NCBI GenBank assembly: GCA_937625935.1
Contig: OW569350.1
Coordinates: 591,397-655,396, forward strand
Origin: Tetramitus jugosus
Taxonomy: Eukaryota; Protista; Heterolobosea
Direction: 5' to 3'
DNA length: 64,000 nt
Shown: positions 45,683 to 59,560 of the stretch, one piece after another
How the letters are laid out: every line of letters begins with the position of its first letter
Numbering within the stretch: position 1 is the stretch's first letter
Position numbers and translations under genes: made by a program
Notes under the pieces: generated by a model
What the model saw: only the letters and a program-made list of their open reading frames with translations
Database searches by the model: none
Told to the model about the DNA's origin: nothing

Positions 45683-47330
45683 CATGACATGATTGACATT
45701 TAGAGAATCGGGAAGTATGATGAAGACAGAACGATTCCGTATGTGAACCAGGTGAAGTCGTCAGACCTTTAGTTGCGCAGATGTTCACTTACTCTACTAA
45801 TTGCATGCTTCTTTTTAGTACTAGCAAGTGTTGAGCGAAGCCCTGAATCGAGCCATTTTTTGACCAGGTTGAGGTCTCTTGCCTCGGTCAGAAATAAAAT
45901 TTGGACCATTGGAGGAAGAACGAAGAAATGAGCGAACCGAACAACACAGGTCATTTGATTGTTGATGCGTAGAACAGGCATTAGCCAATGGGTTTTATTG
46001 ACAGGAATCATTTGGTTTGCATAGAACAAATGATTCCTGAGCAAAATGTAGTTACATTACTCTTCGCAGCTTCTTTGAAGATTGAGAGTCATCCTCTCCA
46101 CCGGTTGAGTCCTCTCTTGTCTTCTTTCTCTTGTTTGGAGAAGGTCGCCTGAGGAAGCTTGTTTCTTCTTTCGGGGGTACCTCATTTCATTGTCTCTACC
46201 TTTTCGAGCAGAGAATATCGTAGCCTTGTGGGCGAGGCCTTGTTGACATTGAGAAATGCAATAATGCCAACTCATTCTTCTTGTTTCTGGAAACAACCAA
46301 CCTATTCAATCACTATCTTTTAGACATTACCTATCCAGTAGCAAGGTCATTGGTCTTGACTAGTACCCAAGAGATTGTTTGCTCACCAAGGAGTACAGTT
46401 TAGTGGAATAATGGAGCGATATACCACATTCAACAAACAATGTGGAATCACTTCATACCATTATGCAGCTAGTGCACAACAAGAACATTGTTGTAACGCC
46501 TGATGCTACTGGTACTTTTCGGCAGCACTGCACCAGAGCTTCATTTGCTTCTTTGGGGCTCTGCAGCGCTCTCCAACTCCGATTCCTTTACTGCTGAATT
46601 TACGGTTCAGCAAGAAACAACAGAGACCTCTAACTTCCAACAAACACCTAGTTGGAGAACAACACAAGCACCTTAAACCCAATTTTTATGTGAATGACAG
46701 AGACTAGTGGCGGAACTCTCCACACCAACTCATGGAGACCAGTCAGAGAACCCTCCAACGTAAACAGCAAGAGACTTAAGCATCGGTCCATACTATCAAC
46801 AGGTAAAGAATAACAAGAGCATTCTATTTATTCTCTAGAGATTACATTTGAACAAGTGGAGCTCGTAGGAGCTCACCTACTTCTCACCGGGCGCCCTCAC
46901 CCAAATCAGCACGAGCATTAATTTGTTCCGTTTGATACCTTTCGTAAGAAGAGCAGCATGGTCACACGCAACTATCATGAGCTTTCCTACACACAAGAGA
47001 CGACGCAATAGTGCAAATCAATCTATGCACAGGCAAACTACTCATCTCAAGAGGAATGATTGATCAATCAGATCAACATCGAAGAGAACCACACCGTTTA
47101 ATTCCATAACTACAACCAATTTGTCAATGGAGCTAAGGTTCATGATCTCTAAGGCTCCCCAAGACTTACCGATTGTCAGTTGTTGCACAGACATGTTCCA
47201 CTGGTTTTGTATAACATCTTTCCATATTTTATGAATCTTTCCCAGACTTCATTTGCCAGATCACAGTTGAAAATTAACAACAAGTCTGATTAATCAAAGA
47301 AAAGAGGTACTTACCTGGAATTAGACAATC

Positions 47331-48843
47331 TCACGACGCTGTTCTGATGACGTCTTTAACTAGACCTCTTGCTTCAAACAAGATGCCGTCGATTCTGACA
47401 TACTTGTAATAGTGGTGATTTGGATCAAGATGACACCCATTCTTGGCATTCCATCTTCCAAATGCCATTGCATTCCTTTGGCCCATCTCAATCGTTACTT
47501 TGTCTGACTTTGAATCCAATACTCTGCACTGAACAGGTGTTAATTAATGTTGAAGAGGAGCATGACAGACCAAACACATACTTTCATCCTTTTCAAGGCT
47601 TTGATACAACTTGCATCTTGGACAAAGGCCAATCTCTCATGCAAGTACTGAAATATAGGAATGGAATCAGCCAATCCCCTCTCAACTCGATAGGTACCAT
47701 GTATGGAGCCAAGTATCATCTTATTGAAACCTTCAAAAGGGAAACAAGAGTATTCATCAAGTGGTCCATGGTTGAAAACACACCACACAAGATGGATAAG
47801 TAGATGAATGTTCATTGTTACCATGTCGTGACCATAGATTCTTTGGTAATCAATGACATACTCATAAAGATTGGTGTGAATTGCAATGAGTGATGCTTTA
47901 GATTTTGGAGAAGGCTGTAGCAAAGCATACAAAGAGTCAACAACCTTCATATGATGTCGATAGTGCTCTGAGTCAATCGGGAACAGATATTTGAGCAATC
48001 TGCTGGTGTAAAGAAGGAAGATAACACATTCGGTGGCTTTGAAGAATTTCCAATTCTCATACACTGACCTTACGGATCTCCCAAAAACTTCAGGTATTGC
48101 CTGCTTCAACAAACAGTCTGACTCCCATTTCAACCAATCCTTCTTGCTGATCAATGCACGACCTGTTTTCGAATACTTTGCTTGAGTCCAGAGACTCACC
48201 AAGGTTTTGAAGATGCCTTCAAAAAGGTGCATGAAATCAATTGTGGCAAAGAGAGTAAATCGCCAGTAGCTAAGGAGAGTGAATATGGGGATGGAACGCA
48301 AACCTTGCCAAATTGGTACATCTAAAGGATTTCGACCATGTTGCTGCTTCATTTGTGCGTATATACTTTGCACCTCCGACTCCTCTCGATATGAGAGGTT
48401 GAATTTTCTCCCCTCGTAACGTTGCATAATAGGGTAAGAGTATCTTTTACTTGGGAATTTCATTCCACGAAGCTTGCAAGCAAAACAGGAATGTGCGCCA
48501 CCATGATGCATCATTTTCGACATATCATGCTGAGCTGGAATGTCTGTCGCTGAATTAAGCAAACGTGCTCTCACTGTGATCGGCTTTCCACTTGGAGTGC
48601 TAGCCATTACGCCTGTGTCTGCTCTTCTGAAACTCTTCACCAATAACGCCAAGAGAATATTGGTGTCTGGTTTGTTTTTACCAAACCATACGCCACAGAA
48701 GATGTCCCGCCTTATATCTCAAGGCAGGTCAACCTTGGAAAATTTTTCAAGGCAAGGAATTTGGCTTGTGACAAGTGACAGAAAAATTGTGATACAGTCA
48801 ACACAGAAACATATCAGAGCAAAGAGCATACATTTTACAGATA
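47331..48843 (-). mobile_element. CACTA/EnSpm-like (CMC) transposase, 5'-truncated
   Basis: GVWFGKNKPDTN, DIPA, C..C, IDFMHL.EG, FKATE, NIHLLIHL, GPL..YSCFPFEG. Confidence 0.85.
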
Positions 48844-50388
48844 TTACTCAGTGAGATTCCTTCTCCTTCTCTTCGTTACCGCCTTTCTTGACGCTTTTCT
48901 TGAAATAACAAGTGTGACAGCAGAATCATCGCTATCATCACTGATATCTTGTTCTTGCACTCTCTTTCGCTTTGTAGCTGTTGTGGGATCACATGTCTTT
49001 GCAAGTGGTACAGCACAAAGTGTCACAGAATCAACTGGATCATTGTCTTTGATCAAAGGAGATGTACCTTTAGCTCCAGCAGACAACAAAGCAAAGAAGA
49101 CCATTGCAGCATTTGGAATTGGCAGACGACCAGAGAAAGGACCAGAGAGAGTGTCAGGGGCAGATGTTGGATCTAAATCTCCAGATGACAGTTGCTGCAA
49201 TGCATTATCAAGAATATCATCCAATTGACTCTGATCACAAGTATCTTGCGATGGATCATCATCATCGTTCATATAATCTTCAGCAGTATATTCTGATGTT
49301 ACTGGAGCTTGCAGATCTGGAGCTATCTCAGTGTACTTGTCATATCCCAATGAAAACAGCTTCATGTCACTTGTTGAGATGTGGTATGTTGTTGTAGTGT
49401 GTGGCTTCTCGCTCTTCGTAAATCCACCTGTTTCCATCCATTCAACTCTCCACTTATCCAATATTTTCCCCATGACGATCTGCTGACTGACAAACTTCGC
49501 TTTCCTACCCCAGACAAACTTCTCCTTACTCCTGAATCTCATAGGTACTCTGATCAGAACCACATCATCTTTGTGAAACTTTGCAACGCGCTTACCTCTG
49601 ATCTTACGTACTGCATCAGCTTCTCCTCTTGCAATAGTTCTATCTCTGATCAATTTGATAGTATATAATCTCTTCAGTGCTTGTTCTTCTGTAAGATCTG
49701 ACTCCTTCAAGACATAACATGCATTCCAGGCCTCCATTGGAGTCATACCAATAGTAGAGTGTTTGTTCCTGTAGTTGTAGGCATCAATTACACTGCTGTG
49801 TTCTGTAGTCCAGTGCTGGATATCCAGCTCCAACAAGCGACAATTGATCATATCTTTGATCGTTTTGTTAGGACGTTCAATGACTCCCTGACACCTTGGC
49901 GTGTATGCAGGTCCTTGCTTCTTCACAATACCATACAGGGCACAAGTTTCCACAATGCAATGTGCTATGAATTCTCCACCATTATCTGATCTGAGATACA
50001 TGGGATCTTCCCCTTCTTCCAATACTTCCAGACCAATCTGTTCAAATACATCAATCAGAAATGCCTTCACATGAATTGATTCCTTGCTCGTAATTGGTTT
50101 ACTCCATAATCTCTTGGTCAGATGATCAATCATATTGCACATGCCCATAAATCGTCCATCTCTTATCATAAATGTCAGATCTATGTAGAAATGTTGACCT
50201 GCAAAATCTGCCACCACCGAATGAATTGCCTCTGTTGTCTTCTTGGCTCCCTTACGAGCACAAATTTCACATGATCTGGTAAAAGTCTCAATAAATGCTT
50301 GCATACCAGGCCAAATAACAAGATCCTTATGGAATTGAGCTAAGAGAGCTTTAGTACCAATATGGTTAACATGATGAGCTACTTTCAT
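48844..50388 (-). mobile_element. Stand-alone retroviral-type integrase (Ginger/Tdd- or Polinton-like)
   Basis: H..H..C..C zinc motif, IDL / SDNGGEF / QGVIER DDE triad, YN...HSTIGMTP, SH3-like tail; no RT, RNase H or LTR nearby. Confidence 0.85.
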
Positions 50389-50710
50389 TATGTTGAGACT
50401 TGATCTATCTTTGAGAACTGTTCAAGGATTTTGACTGAGTAGATATTCAGGTTAGAGGTCATTGAAACTCGCTCTTGCTCGGACCTTGCTCCATCGAACC
50501 GGTTCAGAGGGAATTCAATAAACCAGGATATGTAAACAAAATACTGCCACTTTTGTATCCCCTTTCCATTACATAAAAGGGAGACAAAAACCCAGAGAGT
50601 ACGAGTCTTTTGCACTCGGGTAATTAAAAAGCCTCAACCTTGAGATTGATACAAACTCAATGTTGAGAGCTTGAGGAACAAAAAAACAAAAACACAAAGG
50701 AAACTCAATT

Positions 50711-52021
50711 ATGTCCCATTCAGTTGCTAATAGCATTGTAAGATGCGAATCTATCGAGTTCATCAAGCCGATAAAGCCATCCAAACATCAAGTCATCGAA
50801 TTATCTCCGTTTGATAACCTTGCTCCCACAACATCATTCCACTTTCAATTCGTGTTTAAGAATGAAAAGAAGAATGTAAATTTTATGAGACCAGAAACCA
50901 TGAAAGCTTCTCTTGCAAAGTTGCTCGTTGATTTCCCTCTGATGGCTGGAACAGCGAAGGTGGAAGACAGGAAATGGTTCATTGAGTGTAATGATGTTGG
51001 AGTTCCATTCATTGTTGCACATTCTGATATGAAATTAGACGATTTCGACATGGGGGATTATGATCAATTGCCAAAGGGTATTTGTACACAATGGACCAAA
51101 CCAGATGATCCAGTCTGGCAAGTTCAAATCACTTACTTTACTTGCGGTGGTATCATTCTGGTTTCAGAGATGCTTCATCAGCTTGGTGATGCTGAAACTA
51201 ATTCGATGATTATTCACAAATGGGCAAATATTCATAACAATCAGCCATATGTTCCACCTGTGCTTGATCGAACACTTATCCGTTCATCTGGCGTAAATCC
51301 TCCACCAACTTCTTTTCCTCTTTGGCATCAGAGTGATGAGGCACCAAATTATGAAGAGTTGCTTGCAAAGTTGCCTATGTGTACCGCTAAACTAATTGAA
51401 TTTTCTGCCAGAGAATTACAAGAAATGAAGAAGGCTGCTAATTCCAATACTACCACTTCATGGATCAGTACTAATGACGCTCTTTGTTCCCACTTATGGA
51501 GGCTAATTACTAAAGCCAGAGGTCTTCCATCAAACTCCAAGACTTGTCTGTTACATGCTTGTAATGTCAGGAAGAAGATACAACCACCTTTACCTTCAGA
51601 TTATGTTGGTTACGTGGTTATGAACGGTCAAACAGATCGGATGACTGTCAACGAGCTCATCACTTCTCCTCTTTCCCACGCTGCCACCTTTTCCCGCAGG
51701 GCGATTAATCAGGTGACTCCTGCTTTTGTTCAATCATTTATTGACTGGATTACTGTGACACCCAAAGTGAAACCAAGTGATATGAATGTTCTGTTTGGTA
51801 CTGATGTATTTGCAACATCGTGGGTGTCATTCGATCTGTACTCGATCGCGTTTGAGGACGATGAAACTCCATACTTTGTTGGTGAGATACCTACGATTCT
51901 GGACGGTGTCTTTAAGCTTGTGGAAGGAAAAACAAAAGGTGGTATATCTATTCAACTCAGTTTACTTCGAGTACACATGGACAAGCTACTAGCTGATCCA
52001 GAGTTACACAAGTACGCATAA
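50711..52021 (+). CDS. HXXXD (BAHD-family) acyltransferase
   Basis: LSPFD, SLAKLL..FP..AG, HQLGD, STNDAL..HLW, TSW; DFGWG motif degenerate. Confidence 0.88.
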   Translation: MSHSVANSIVRCESIEFIKPIKPSKHQVIELSPFDNLAPTTSFHFQFVFKNEKKNVNFMRPETMKASLAKLLVDFPLMAGTAKVEDRKWFIECNDVGVPFIVAHSDMKLDDFDMGDYDQLPKGICTQWTKPDDPVWQVQITYFTCGGIILVSEMLHQLGDAETNSMIIHKWANIHNNQPYVPPVLDRTLIRSSGVNPPPTSFPLWHQSDEAPNYEELLAKLPMCTAKLIEFSARELQEMKKAANSNTTTSWISTNDALCSHLWRLITKARGLPSNSKTCLLHACNVRKKIQPPLPSDYVGYVVMNGQTDRMTVNELITSPLSHAATFSRRAINQVTPAFVQSFIDWITVTPKVKPSDMNVLFGTDVFATSWVSFDLYSIAFEDDETPYFVGEIPTILDGVFKLVEGKTKGGISIQLSLLRVHMDKLLADPELHKYA

Positions 52022-52740
52022 GTTTTCTTTTGCTTCAACCGTCTTGGATGGTATTCTAGCTATATCAGCAGTATGATGCTCCATATTATCAGATTGGTTG
52101 GAGGATGTTAGTGCTACTACCTGATGCGCCTTATAATTACGACTGAAGTCGTCTGTGTTGATACAAAATTGTCGGTCACTAGTAGTAGAATAGAACAACA
52201 TGTCTGAATATATTGCATAGCGGTGGGTGATGAGAATATGCTGTTGCAGGGAGGGAAAAAGTCCATTCACTTTCACACCCAATACACTGAGAACTGTTTC
52301 AACAACTTTATTGATTCTAGCAGGTACAATATGAACATGCTGTAACGCAGCTGATAGATATTCCATTTCTCTAGACACCTGAGACTTTTCGGCATGATCT
52401 GACTGACGAACTCTAAAATACATACCATTATTTCTTGCTTCTAGTTTGGTATCCGTCAGTGGATTGCTTTGGAGCTTAGCCAGCTGCTCGATCTTATTGA
52501 AAAATAAATCATCGCAAGCAGCTTCGCATATAATACACTTCGGATTTTCAATAGCTTTGTGAACATCTGCTAACCGCTCTTTCAATCTCTGTACTTCGTC
52601 GTAACAGTTCAATAACTCATGCACGAACTGAGAATTGCTCTTATCATGATATTCTTTTTGCTTCAATGCCAGCAATTGTTGTAGAGTAGTCTTTTCAAGT
52701 GAAAGTTTCGTGTGTTTGTGCTGTTTATTCTTCTCTTTCA
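52022..52740 (-). pseudogene. Possible DNA-transposon protein fragment
   Basis: Long ORF with CxxC and an FCINTDDFSR..QVVALT segment reminiscent of a first DDE aspartate; abuts the neighbouring gene's stop. Confidence 0.3.
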
Positions 52741-53094
52741 CTTCTTGAGCAGATATCGTCACCGACTCTTGTGCGATACGCTGGATGTGACGAACTTTTT
52801 CTGATCCGCCATAACTCCGCCACTCCAAAAAAAGATCACAACACAGAGAGCTCAAACAAAGCTGAAACTTTTTTACATACCTTGGACACAATGGAGGATA
52901 TCCCTGCTCAAGAAGAGGATGGAACAACCAGATACTACTGTTGAAACTGATCCTAACACGGCAATCGATGCCCAACAAGGAGTGCAAAATTTGCCATTTC
53001 AGGAAGTTTCCATTGCTCCCCAGAGCACTCATGTCAAGAAGAGGTAAATGCAGCACCCAGTTCGTCCTCTTCAGCTTCTGCTCTAAACCTTACA

Positions 53095-54669
53095 GTGCCT
53101 GTTTCTGCACAAGCACCACAAGCACAACAGGAACAACAAGATCAAACAAGCAGAGTAGAGGAAGATGACAATGAAGATGACGAAGTGGATAGTGAAGATG
53201 AAGGAGAAGAAGAAGAAAGAATTGTTGATCGATTTGAAAGTTTGTTTACAAATGTTGCGAGACCAGGTGATTTTGCAGTTGGTTCCGTATTGTCTTCTGA
53301 TTTTGCTGTTCCGGCCATTACTGTCAATGGTATTCCCTCCATGATTAGTTTACCTCTTGTTGAATCTCAAGCCAAAGAGATTATTGCTGTGTCATCGAAA
53401 TCACCCTTTGGTCGTCGAGAAGAAACACTGTTTGATGACAATGTTCGTAACTCTTGGCAATTGGATCCCTCTCAATTCAAGATTAATAACACAAAGTGGA
53501 ATAACCATGTCAAACAATTGCTTGATACAGGTGTGAGGCCAGGATTGGGCATTACAAATCTTCAAATCGGATGTAGTCTGTACAAGCTGTTGCTGTATGA
53601 GAAGGGAGGTTTCAAATTTCATCGAGACACAGAGAAGGAAGATGGAATGTTTGCACGTACGTTGATTATTCAACTTCCATCGTTGTATGAAGGAGTCAGA
53701 TCACTATCAGACATAGAAGAAATGAACATACGTTTGATTTTGCCAAAGATGCTGCCTTTACTCCATACTTTGCTGCATTTTATGGAGCCACAGGAAACGA
53801 AGGAGCCACGTTAGAGAGATGGTATCAAACAGCGGTTATCGTCTTTTGGCCAGTTGAAAGATCAAACAATCTTTGGCTTGATATGGGAACAAATCTTGCC
53901 GTCCAGAAGCTTGGTTCAATGATTTCTGTAGTGGATCGAGATAAGATGAATCACAAAGTGGGATTACAATGGAATAATTGTTCCCATGATAGAAAATATT
54001 AACGAGTTACGAGACACTCAATTGGCTATTCGTTTCTGTAATGAGGTGTTGATCAAGAAATCATCCACGTACTCATCGGGAGTTGGTCGCGCAATTAAGA
54101 GCTTAATAACTGTATTCGGTTGGAATACTATGCAAGAGTATGTCGCTCAATACATTCGGAGACTTGCCACTGCTGGATATGATGGAATGGAGAATGGTGT
54201 TAAATTTATTGGAGAACTTGCACCGACAACCATAGGTTCAAGTATACAACCAAGCGATTATTTCATGTGTAACAATCTTGTCGATAGCATTTGGACTCAA
54301 TATTGTTCGAGAGTGAGCAGCACGTATTACTACTCTAGCTCCTCTGACCATGAAACCATTGGAATGCTATTGGGGTATCTGTACAGATTGAACATGCAAG
54401 ACAAAATATCCACCATAATTACGTATATACTCCAGAACACTGAACGGTACAAGTCGGTGGCTTTTGTGTCCCCACTTGTGAAGAAATTAGTAACATCCAT
54501 CGGAATCCCTTATTTCAAAGCGCTTGGCACCTCGCATCCATTCTACATTGCTCTGGACACATGTATTACACGCGTCAACAATGATATCAGGGAAGCTATT
54601 CGCCCTCCTACGCTGGAATCAGCTCGCTCACGTCCTTCTTTCTGGAATCGACTGATTCTAGATACATAG
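53095..54669 (+). pseudogene. 2OG-Fe(II) oxygenase-domain protein, disrupted
   Basis: SPFGR.EET..D..VR.SWQLDP, LYKLLLYE.GG.F..HRDTEK..GMF.TL..QLPS; frameshifts after about 53650. Confidence 0.75.
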
Positions 54670-55324
54670 GACTTGGGCGCAGAGTTATCTGATCTTGGCT
54701 AATGCATGTGATTTCTTTGGTGGAATGAACTAAATTACAAAGTTAACGCCAATGACGATATGATGCCTCAGTGAGTTGAAGCAGTAGAATTTCCTCTCAG
54801 AAAAGTGTGAAAAGATGGGGAGAACTAGTGAGGTATGGCACTTCCTCCAATTCTATGATAGACTCTACGATTATTCCTATTGGGAGCCGATGAGTTAGCG
54901 CACACTTTCAAGTTGACCCAAGACAGTATCAATGTTCCCGACGCCAATTCAAATGAGCAAAAATATGCGATTGTCCCAAAACAATTGTGCGCAGGAATTC
55001 TTACCGGCGAATGACGATTGGCGGCTCAGATAATACTTCTTGTCTTTCAACAAAGGTGTGTTGGTGAGATGACACAGAAGATGACCTTGAGAGTCACAAT
55101 TCACGTTGATACCGATAGTACTTGTTTTCCGCGAACCAATACCCGAACGTGTTCACGCATGGGCAAAACCTGAGGTCACCTAATCTGTCAAGATGATATG
55201 TGTGTGACATCTCCTCTAATTCTAACATGGAACAAAACCCCCCAGTATGCATTGTCCTCACATCGTTTATGAACGAAATTTTAGGATAGTATAAGAGAAC
55301 GAAAACCAAAGTACTAACTACCTA

Positions 55325-55603
55325 ATGCACTATCTACGAAGAGATTCAATCCTCCAAGCACTTCCATTTGCGTTGTTGATACTTGCAACTATTGCACTTG
55401 AGGTTATCCAGGTCATCTTCTTCAAGTTGATGACTGATGCCTGTCCAGTTGTTCCCTACTTTATTCTGGTGAGCTGCTCGTGTGCATTCGTGCTTGTTTA
55501 TGGTGGATGCTATGTCGTCTCCTCCATCTATTCACGCTTGCCTGCAACAAGGAAGACTGGATCTATCGTCCACCTACCTCAAAGGTCAATCACTCCCGCT
55601 TGA
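55325..55603 (+). pseudogene. CRT-like transporter, N-terminal fragment
   Basis: TM helices with V.QVIFFKLMT..P..PYF. Confidence 0.4.
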
Positions 55604-56297
55604 CCTTGTTGATTCACAATAGCATTCATATACATGGAAAACAAATCGACTTTCCATTCCTTTTCTACTTTTGTAATAGAACGGATGTTGGTACCAAGAC
55701 AGTGAACCAAATTATTATACCCAACTGTTCACTCGATCATTCTCATCAATTCTGGATAATCTGAGTGCTCGTTCTGAAAGTCATCCAGTCAACATACAAT
55801 AATACAGCGTTTTGATCCGTGCATATAACGTACATGTACTATTAGTCGGTCTGATCAATGGTGCCCTGTCAAACATGATAGATAGTAACAAACTCCCTTT
55901 ACATCATCATCGTTTGGCCTCATCGTTCCGGATGAAAAATCATACATCCGAACTATGCCCACTAACCCCGGAGACTATTATATAAGACCATATCGGACTT
56001 ACTCTGCTGTTTTCCAATTGATTAAAATCGGTGCCAACGGAAGGGGTGTATTGCGTAGCGCTGATGACGTCGCAACAACGGATGCCAGGGAGAGATATAG
56101 CTTAGTGTTGATTTATGATGAAAGGACAAACTTATTCTATGACAAAAAATCTACAGAGGCGTACAACGAACTCAGGAAATCTTCGACGATGTGAAGCGAA
56201 AAGGCATTTTTTGTAATCGTTCCTATTAATAGTTTATCCGCGTCGAAACGCGAAGAAAATCAAACAAAAAGAAGAGAACAGAAACAAGAAAGCAATA

Positions 56298-58452
56298 ATG
56301 ATGTCAGGGATGAATGAAACTGTACTCAGGCGCATGAAAGAACTCGAGGAACAATTGGCAAGAGAGAGACAAGAAAAAAATGAGATGAGACAAGAAATGA
56401 AAAGAATTGAAAAAGAAAGAGACTCCCTGATTTTAGAGTCCAAAGGTATGTGTCTATCTCTCAATTATTGAATTGCAGACAAATCCTCTTTTTCTAACAT
56501 TGTATACACACATGACAGGACCAACGAGAGAGCTGATGACGGAGGAGATTGATAAAGTGATTGCTAGTTTTAGAAGTGATGAAAGATATTCCTCATTTAT
56601 TTCAACTATTGCACTGGAATTACCATTTGTTGGAAGAGATGAAACAACAAAGGCAATACTTGGTCATCTTTCTCATAGAATCAACTCTAATTTGACAGAT
56701 CGATTACAAAATACTGTACCATACATTGCTTGTTGTGGTGGTTTAGGAAAAACGAGATACCTCTATGAACAACAGAAAGTATTACTTAAATATTGTAAGA
56801 ATACCTCCAGTAAGGAGTTAGAGAAAGTACAACGTTTTTTAGAAGATGCGATCACTGTTAACATGACATTTCATAACGGGAACAATCTGACAGATCAGGA
56901 AAGGTTTGCACTCCAAAGTATTGAGAAAGCTAAATCTCAGAATCGTCTTATCACTTCATTTGCTGCTAGAATTTTGGCTTTTCATTTCCTTCCTGGTGTT
57001 TGTATCTCACATGTGATTGACAAGTTTCTCGAGTTAAATGCTCCTCTGAGTGTATCAATGGCCGTCAATTACATTTTAGAAAAAACTAACAAACGTGATA
57101 TCATCATTGGAGTTGATGAATACACTTCACTTTTGAGATATGCTGGGGCACGGGAGTATTTAAAACTTATTGTGGACCAATGTGGATCACTCCTTTGCAA
57201 AAGAGACATTTTTGCACATGTTCTTTTTGCAGGAACAAGTAGTGTACAATTTGCTAATGTGTTTACTTCCTCATTTTACGTCAGTCATAAGATTCCAATG
57301 AATTTACTGACATATGAAGAAACAAAGCAAGTGATTGACAAAGCAATGAAACTCCCTTACTTTCAAAACTTTCAATCGATTGTGCAGAGAGTAGGGAGTC
57401 ATATTCTTAGTGCCATTCTGGGAGGCCATCCAAGATCTATTGAATACATGTTTAACTGTTTTCTATCTTGTGGCCCTCATTTGAATTTTGACAGTCCTTC
57501 TAAACAGCTGATGGAGTCGGTGATAAGCAAAACCATTTTAGAAATCAACCAAAAATATCCTCTGGGGGTGGTTACTGATCCTACAATGATATTATCTTAT
57601 TGGGCGTTAAGAAGCCCATTGAGGAAAACTGAACCACTGGAGGTGGGTTTACCAGAACGAAAAACGCTTGACTACTTGGAGAATGAAGGATTCGTGATTC
57701 TTTCGTCGGCTGGGAATGACCACTACATAATAGATTTGCCTGTTGCATGGTTGTATGACTACTGCTCAAGATTGAACCGAAATATTTTGTATTTTGCACC
57801 ATTGAGGAATCTTCTCGACATTCTGATGGGTCCGATTGATTGGCAAGACCTCGAAAGATTTGGACTCTACTACTATACCTTGAGGATTAACAGTGCTATA
57901 ATGTTGGGTAAAAGTGAGATGTTCATGACAGAGTTACTTGGGAATGTAACAAGCTTGAGTGATTACCCAAACATATTGAATGAGGTAAAGATTGAACTGC
58001 CAAAAGTTCCAATTCAGATAAGTGACAAGCTTGCGAGCAGATATCCAGAAACACACATGGCTTATCCTCTGAAACCGATTACTGCTTTAAATGCTGATGG
58101 TGCTGCTGTTGATGTTGTGTTTCTATTTCCACCTCCATCACCATTGAACATGTTTATTCAGGCGAAGCTTACCAAGTCTTTCAAAAAAGGAATTACCAAT
58201 ACACTCATCAAAGAAGAGGTGGAAAAGACAATGAATGCGATTGAGAAGGGAGAACGAAAAGAAGCGAACTATGCATCGATACCAAAATTTTATCTCATAC
58301 TAACCAACTTGGACTGGCCATCAGTTGTTGACAAAATTCCAGTTCAACGAAATTGTTATTGCTTCAAAGTTTCAAGATCTGATTTCGCTACATTGTATGG
58401 AAGAGCGATTGCAGGAAGATTATCAATCGTTGAAATGCAAGAGCCGAATTGA
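56298..58452 (+). CDS. Crinkler-type P-loop NTPase plus PD-(D/E)xK REase protein; intron 56446-56518
   Basis: PFVGRD, Walker A GGLGKT, Walker B IIIGVDE, GGHPR, C-terminal NADGAAVD..FIQAK; GTATGT..CTAAC..CAG intron links a coiled-coil exon; true start may lie further upstream (55955). Confidence 0.75.
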
Positions 58453-59188
58453 AGGGAGACAGCAAAGTGCTGAGATTGTCGAACAGAAGCCACGGAATTA
58501 GTAAAGAGGCCATTCACATTTCCTGTCTTTATTCATTTTTTGTTGTGACCAAATCTCGATGAGAGTTCACCAAATATTCTCCACACTGTTTGTGTGCATC
58601 AATGACGAACAATAATATTCAGTAACGGTGCCTCCAATCAATCCCCACCCATGAGCTCTATAAGATAGTGTATTACGTTCTCCAACGAGTTATCATCTGG
58701 TTCGTTCTTGCTTGCACTTCCAACTCTCACTCCCGAAGGGGGTTGGGTACCCTCCATTGAATCACTTTCCCTGAGGGGGTTATCTTTACTCTCTTACGCT
58801 CTCCTCCTTCTTCTACCTCTTCTACATCTTCCTCATCCTCATTTTCCACATGATTCCACTCACCCCATCGTCGTTTCCTCGACTTTGACCTTATATTTTG
58901 TGTTTCAGCGCTAATCGTGTTGCCACCGATTGCTTTCGGTTGTTCTGTTGGGTTATTTGCTGGCTCCGATAGACCATTCACTGTTTGTGATAGTAGTTGA
59001 GAATGATTGTGGTTTGGTGTTGCAGGTTCTGATAGTTCAGTCGAGTCTATCGCACTTTTGGATTTCAATGAATTATTCAGCGTTTTACGTTTCAATGACG
59101 ATGCTGGTTTAACAATCTTTCCCGACGATCGACCAAGATTGAATCCGGACTTCATATTCACTAGATCACTCACTGCTTGTGATAATGG

Positions 59189-59560
59189 TTGAGGTTGACT
59201 GCGGGCTGGTATAGTGGTGTCCTGTACGAGTTTGTCTCAATGGGTAAGGTACCTGGTGCCTTCCTCAATGTTGGACAAGAAAAGTTCACTCAGAACATGC
59301 AAGTTGATCGTTTCCATTTCCTGTTCTGGCACAGTACTTACCAACTACTGGCAAACATTAGTATACTACTGGAGCACTCGTATCATTGAAAGGTACCGTA
59401 GCACACTAGTGTCCATTGTGAGCACACCGACCGCACCCATCACTGCCATTATTTTCTTGATAATGGGCAAGGACAAACCACACTGGATAATTTTCATTGC
59501 TTTGCCCACTTCAGTACTTGGTGTGTTCTCTATGCAATCGCTGAGTTCAAGAACAAAAAT
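59189..59560 (+). pseudogene. CRT-like transporter, C-terminal fragments
   Basis: VPGAFLNVGQEKF, FLFWHSTYQ, then IIERYRSTLVSIVSTPTAPITAIIF in another frame. Confidence 0.4.
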
